DNA of 63,350 nucleotides, counting the filler, from Reticulomyxa filosa (lineage: Eukaryota; Protista; Foraminifera): assembly GCA_000512085.1 (NCBI GenBank). It is 23 parts of 23 records of this genome, joined end to end, with 100 filler letters (N's around TTAATTAATTAA, not from the genome) between each part and the next. Parts side by side here need not be neighbours in the genome. Positions count along the whole stretch, not along the records: positions 62,249 to 63,350 come from ASPP01006205.1; 22 more parts are not named here. One strand, given 5' to 3'. The notes under the pieces are model-generated. The model saw nothing but the letters and a program-made list of their open reading frames with translations. It searched no databases and was not told the origin of the DNA. Shown here piece after piece: positions 62,962 to 63,350 of the stretch. Made by a program: the position numbers and the translations under genes. Position 1 is the first letter of the stretch. Each line of letters starts with the position of its first letter.

Positions 62962-63350
62962 ATGAGCGGCATGGTATTTGAGGTAATGCAGGAGACCGCC
63001 AGTGAGGCGGTCATCAAGGTGATCGGTGTCGGCGGTGGCGGCTGCAACGCCATCGACAACATGATCAGCAGCCAGGTGCAAGGCGTGGAATTCATCTGCG
63101 CCAATACCGACGCGCAGGCGCTGAAGCGCAACCGTGCGCCGCAAAAGCTGCAGCTGGGTACCAACCTGACCAAGGGCCTGGGCGCGGATGCCAACCCGGA
63201 CACAGGTCGCAATGCCGCGCTGGAAGACCGCGAACGCATCGCCGAGATGCTGCGCGGCGCCAACATGGTGTTCGTGACTGCCGGCATGGGTGGCGGTACC
63301 GGTACCGGTGCCGCCCCGGTGGTGGCTGAAGTGGCCAAGGAACTGGGCAT
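62962..63350 (+). CDS. ftsZ: Bacterial cell division GTPase FtsZ, 5' part (runs off the window, so it is missing from the ORF track)
   Basis: [52 protein letters not shown] (tubulin signature); sits directly after ftsA. Confidence 0.98.
   Translation, partial: MSGMVFEVMQETASEAVIKVIGVGGGGCNAIDNMISSQVQGVEFICANTDAQALKRNRAPQKLQLGTNLTKGLGADANPDTGRNAALEDRERIAEMLRGANMVFVTAGMGGGTGTGAAPVVAEVAKELG

Noticed and set aside
62249-63350. ftsA-ftsZ as an organellar or horizontally transferred host gene
   Set aside because: It is a stand-alone contig with purely bacterial composition and operon structure and no junction to host DNA.

Overview
This window is not one chromosomal locus. It is 23 short, unlinked contigs joined by an artificial 100-nt spacer (N44-TTAATTAATTAA-N44, which puts a stop codon in all six frames), so neighbourhood across spacers means nothing. 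Twenty-two contigs come from an AT-rich, intron-containing eukaryote: GT-AG introns are full of (TA)n/(CA)n, and there are homopolymer indels. The expanded WD40 and TRAF-like families resemble those of the foraminiferan Reticulomyxa filosa; this is my inference, not a database result. The last contig (62249-63350) is GC-rich bacterial DNA carrying ftsA-ftsZ. Recognisable eukaryotic genes, mostly partial: four WD40 proteins, GMP reductase, a Tctex-1 dynein light chain, a GH35 beta-galactosidase with an inserted ricin-type lectin, cytosolic LeuRS, a P2X receptor, an FHA protein, a GNAT-like protein ending in AKL, an RBR E3 ligase, a CAMK-type kinase, a kinesin, a very large ARM-repeat protein, Raptor and a Tudor/SH3-like domain protein. 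Features the ORF track does not show: a decayed DD34E Tc1/mariner element whose terminal repeats recur in at least six contigs (one as a MITE-like pair), a deletion-riddled cytoplasmic dynein heavy chain pseudogene, and an SF2 helicase pseudogene. The most notable candidate is an apparently single gene at 29598-32604 that fuses a degenerate Hsp70-type ATPase domain, with no substrate-binding domain, to a PARP-like ADP-ribosyltransferase with a K-Y-E triad.
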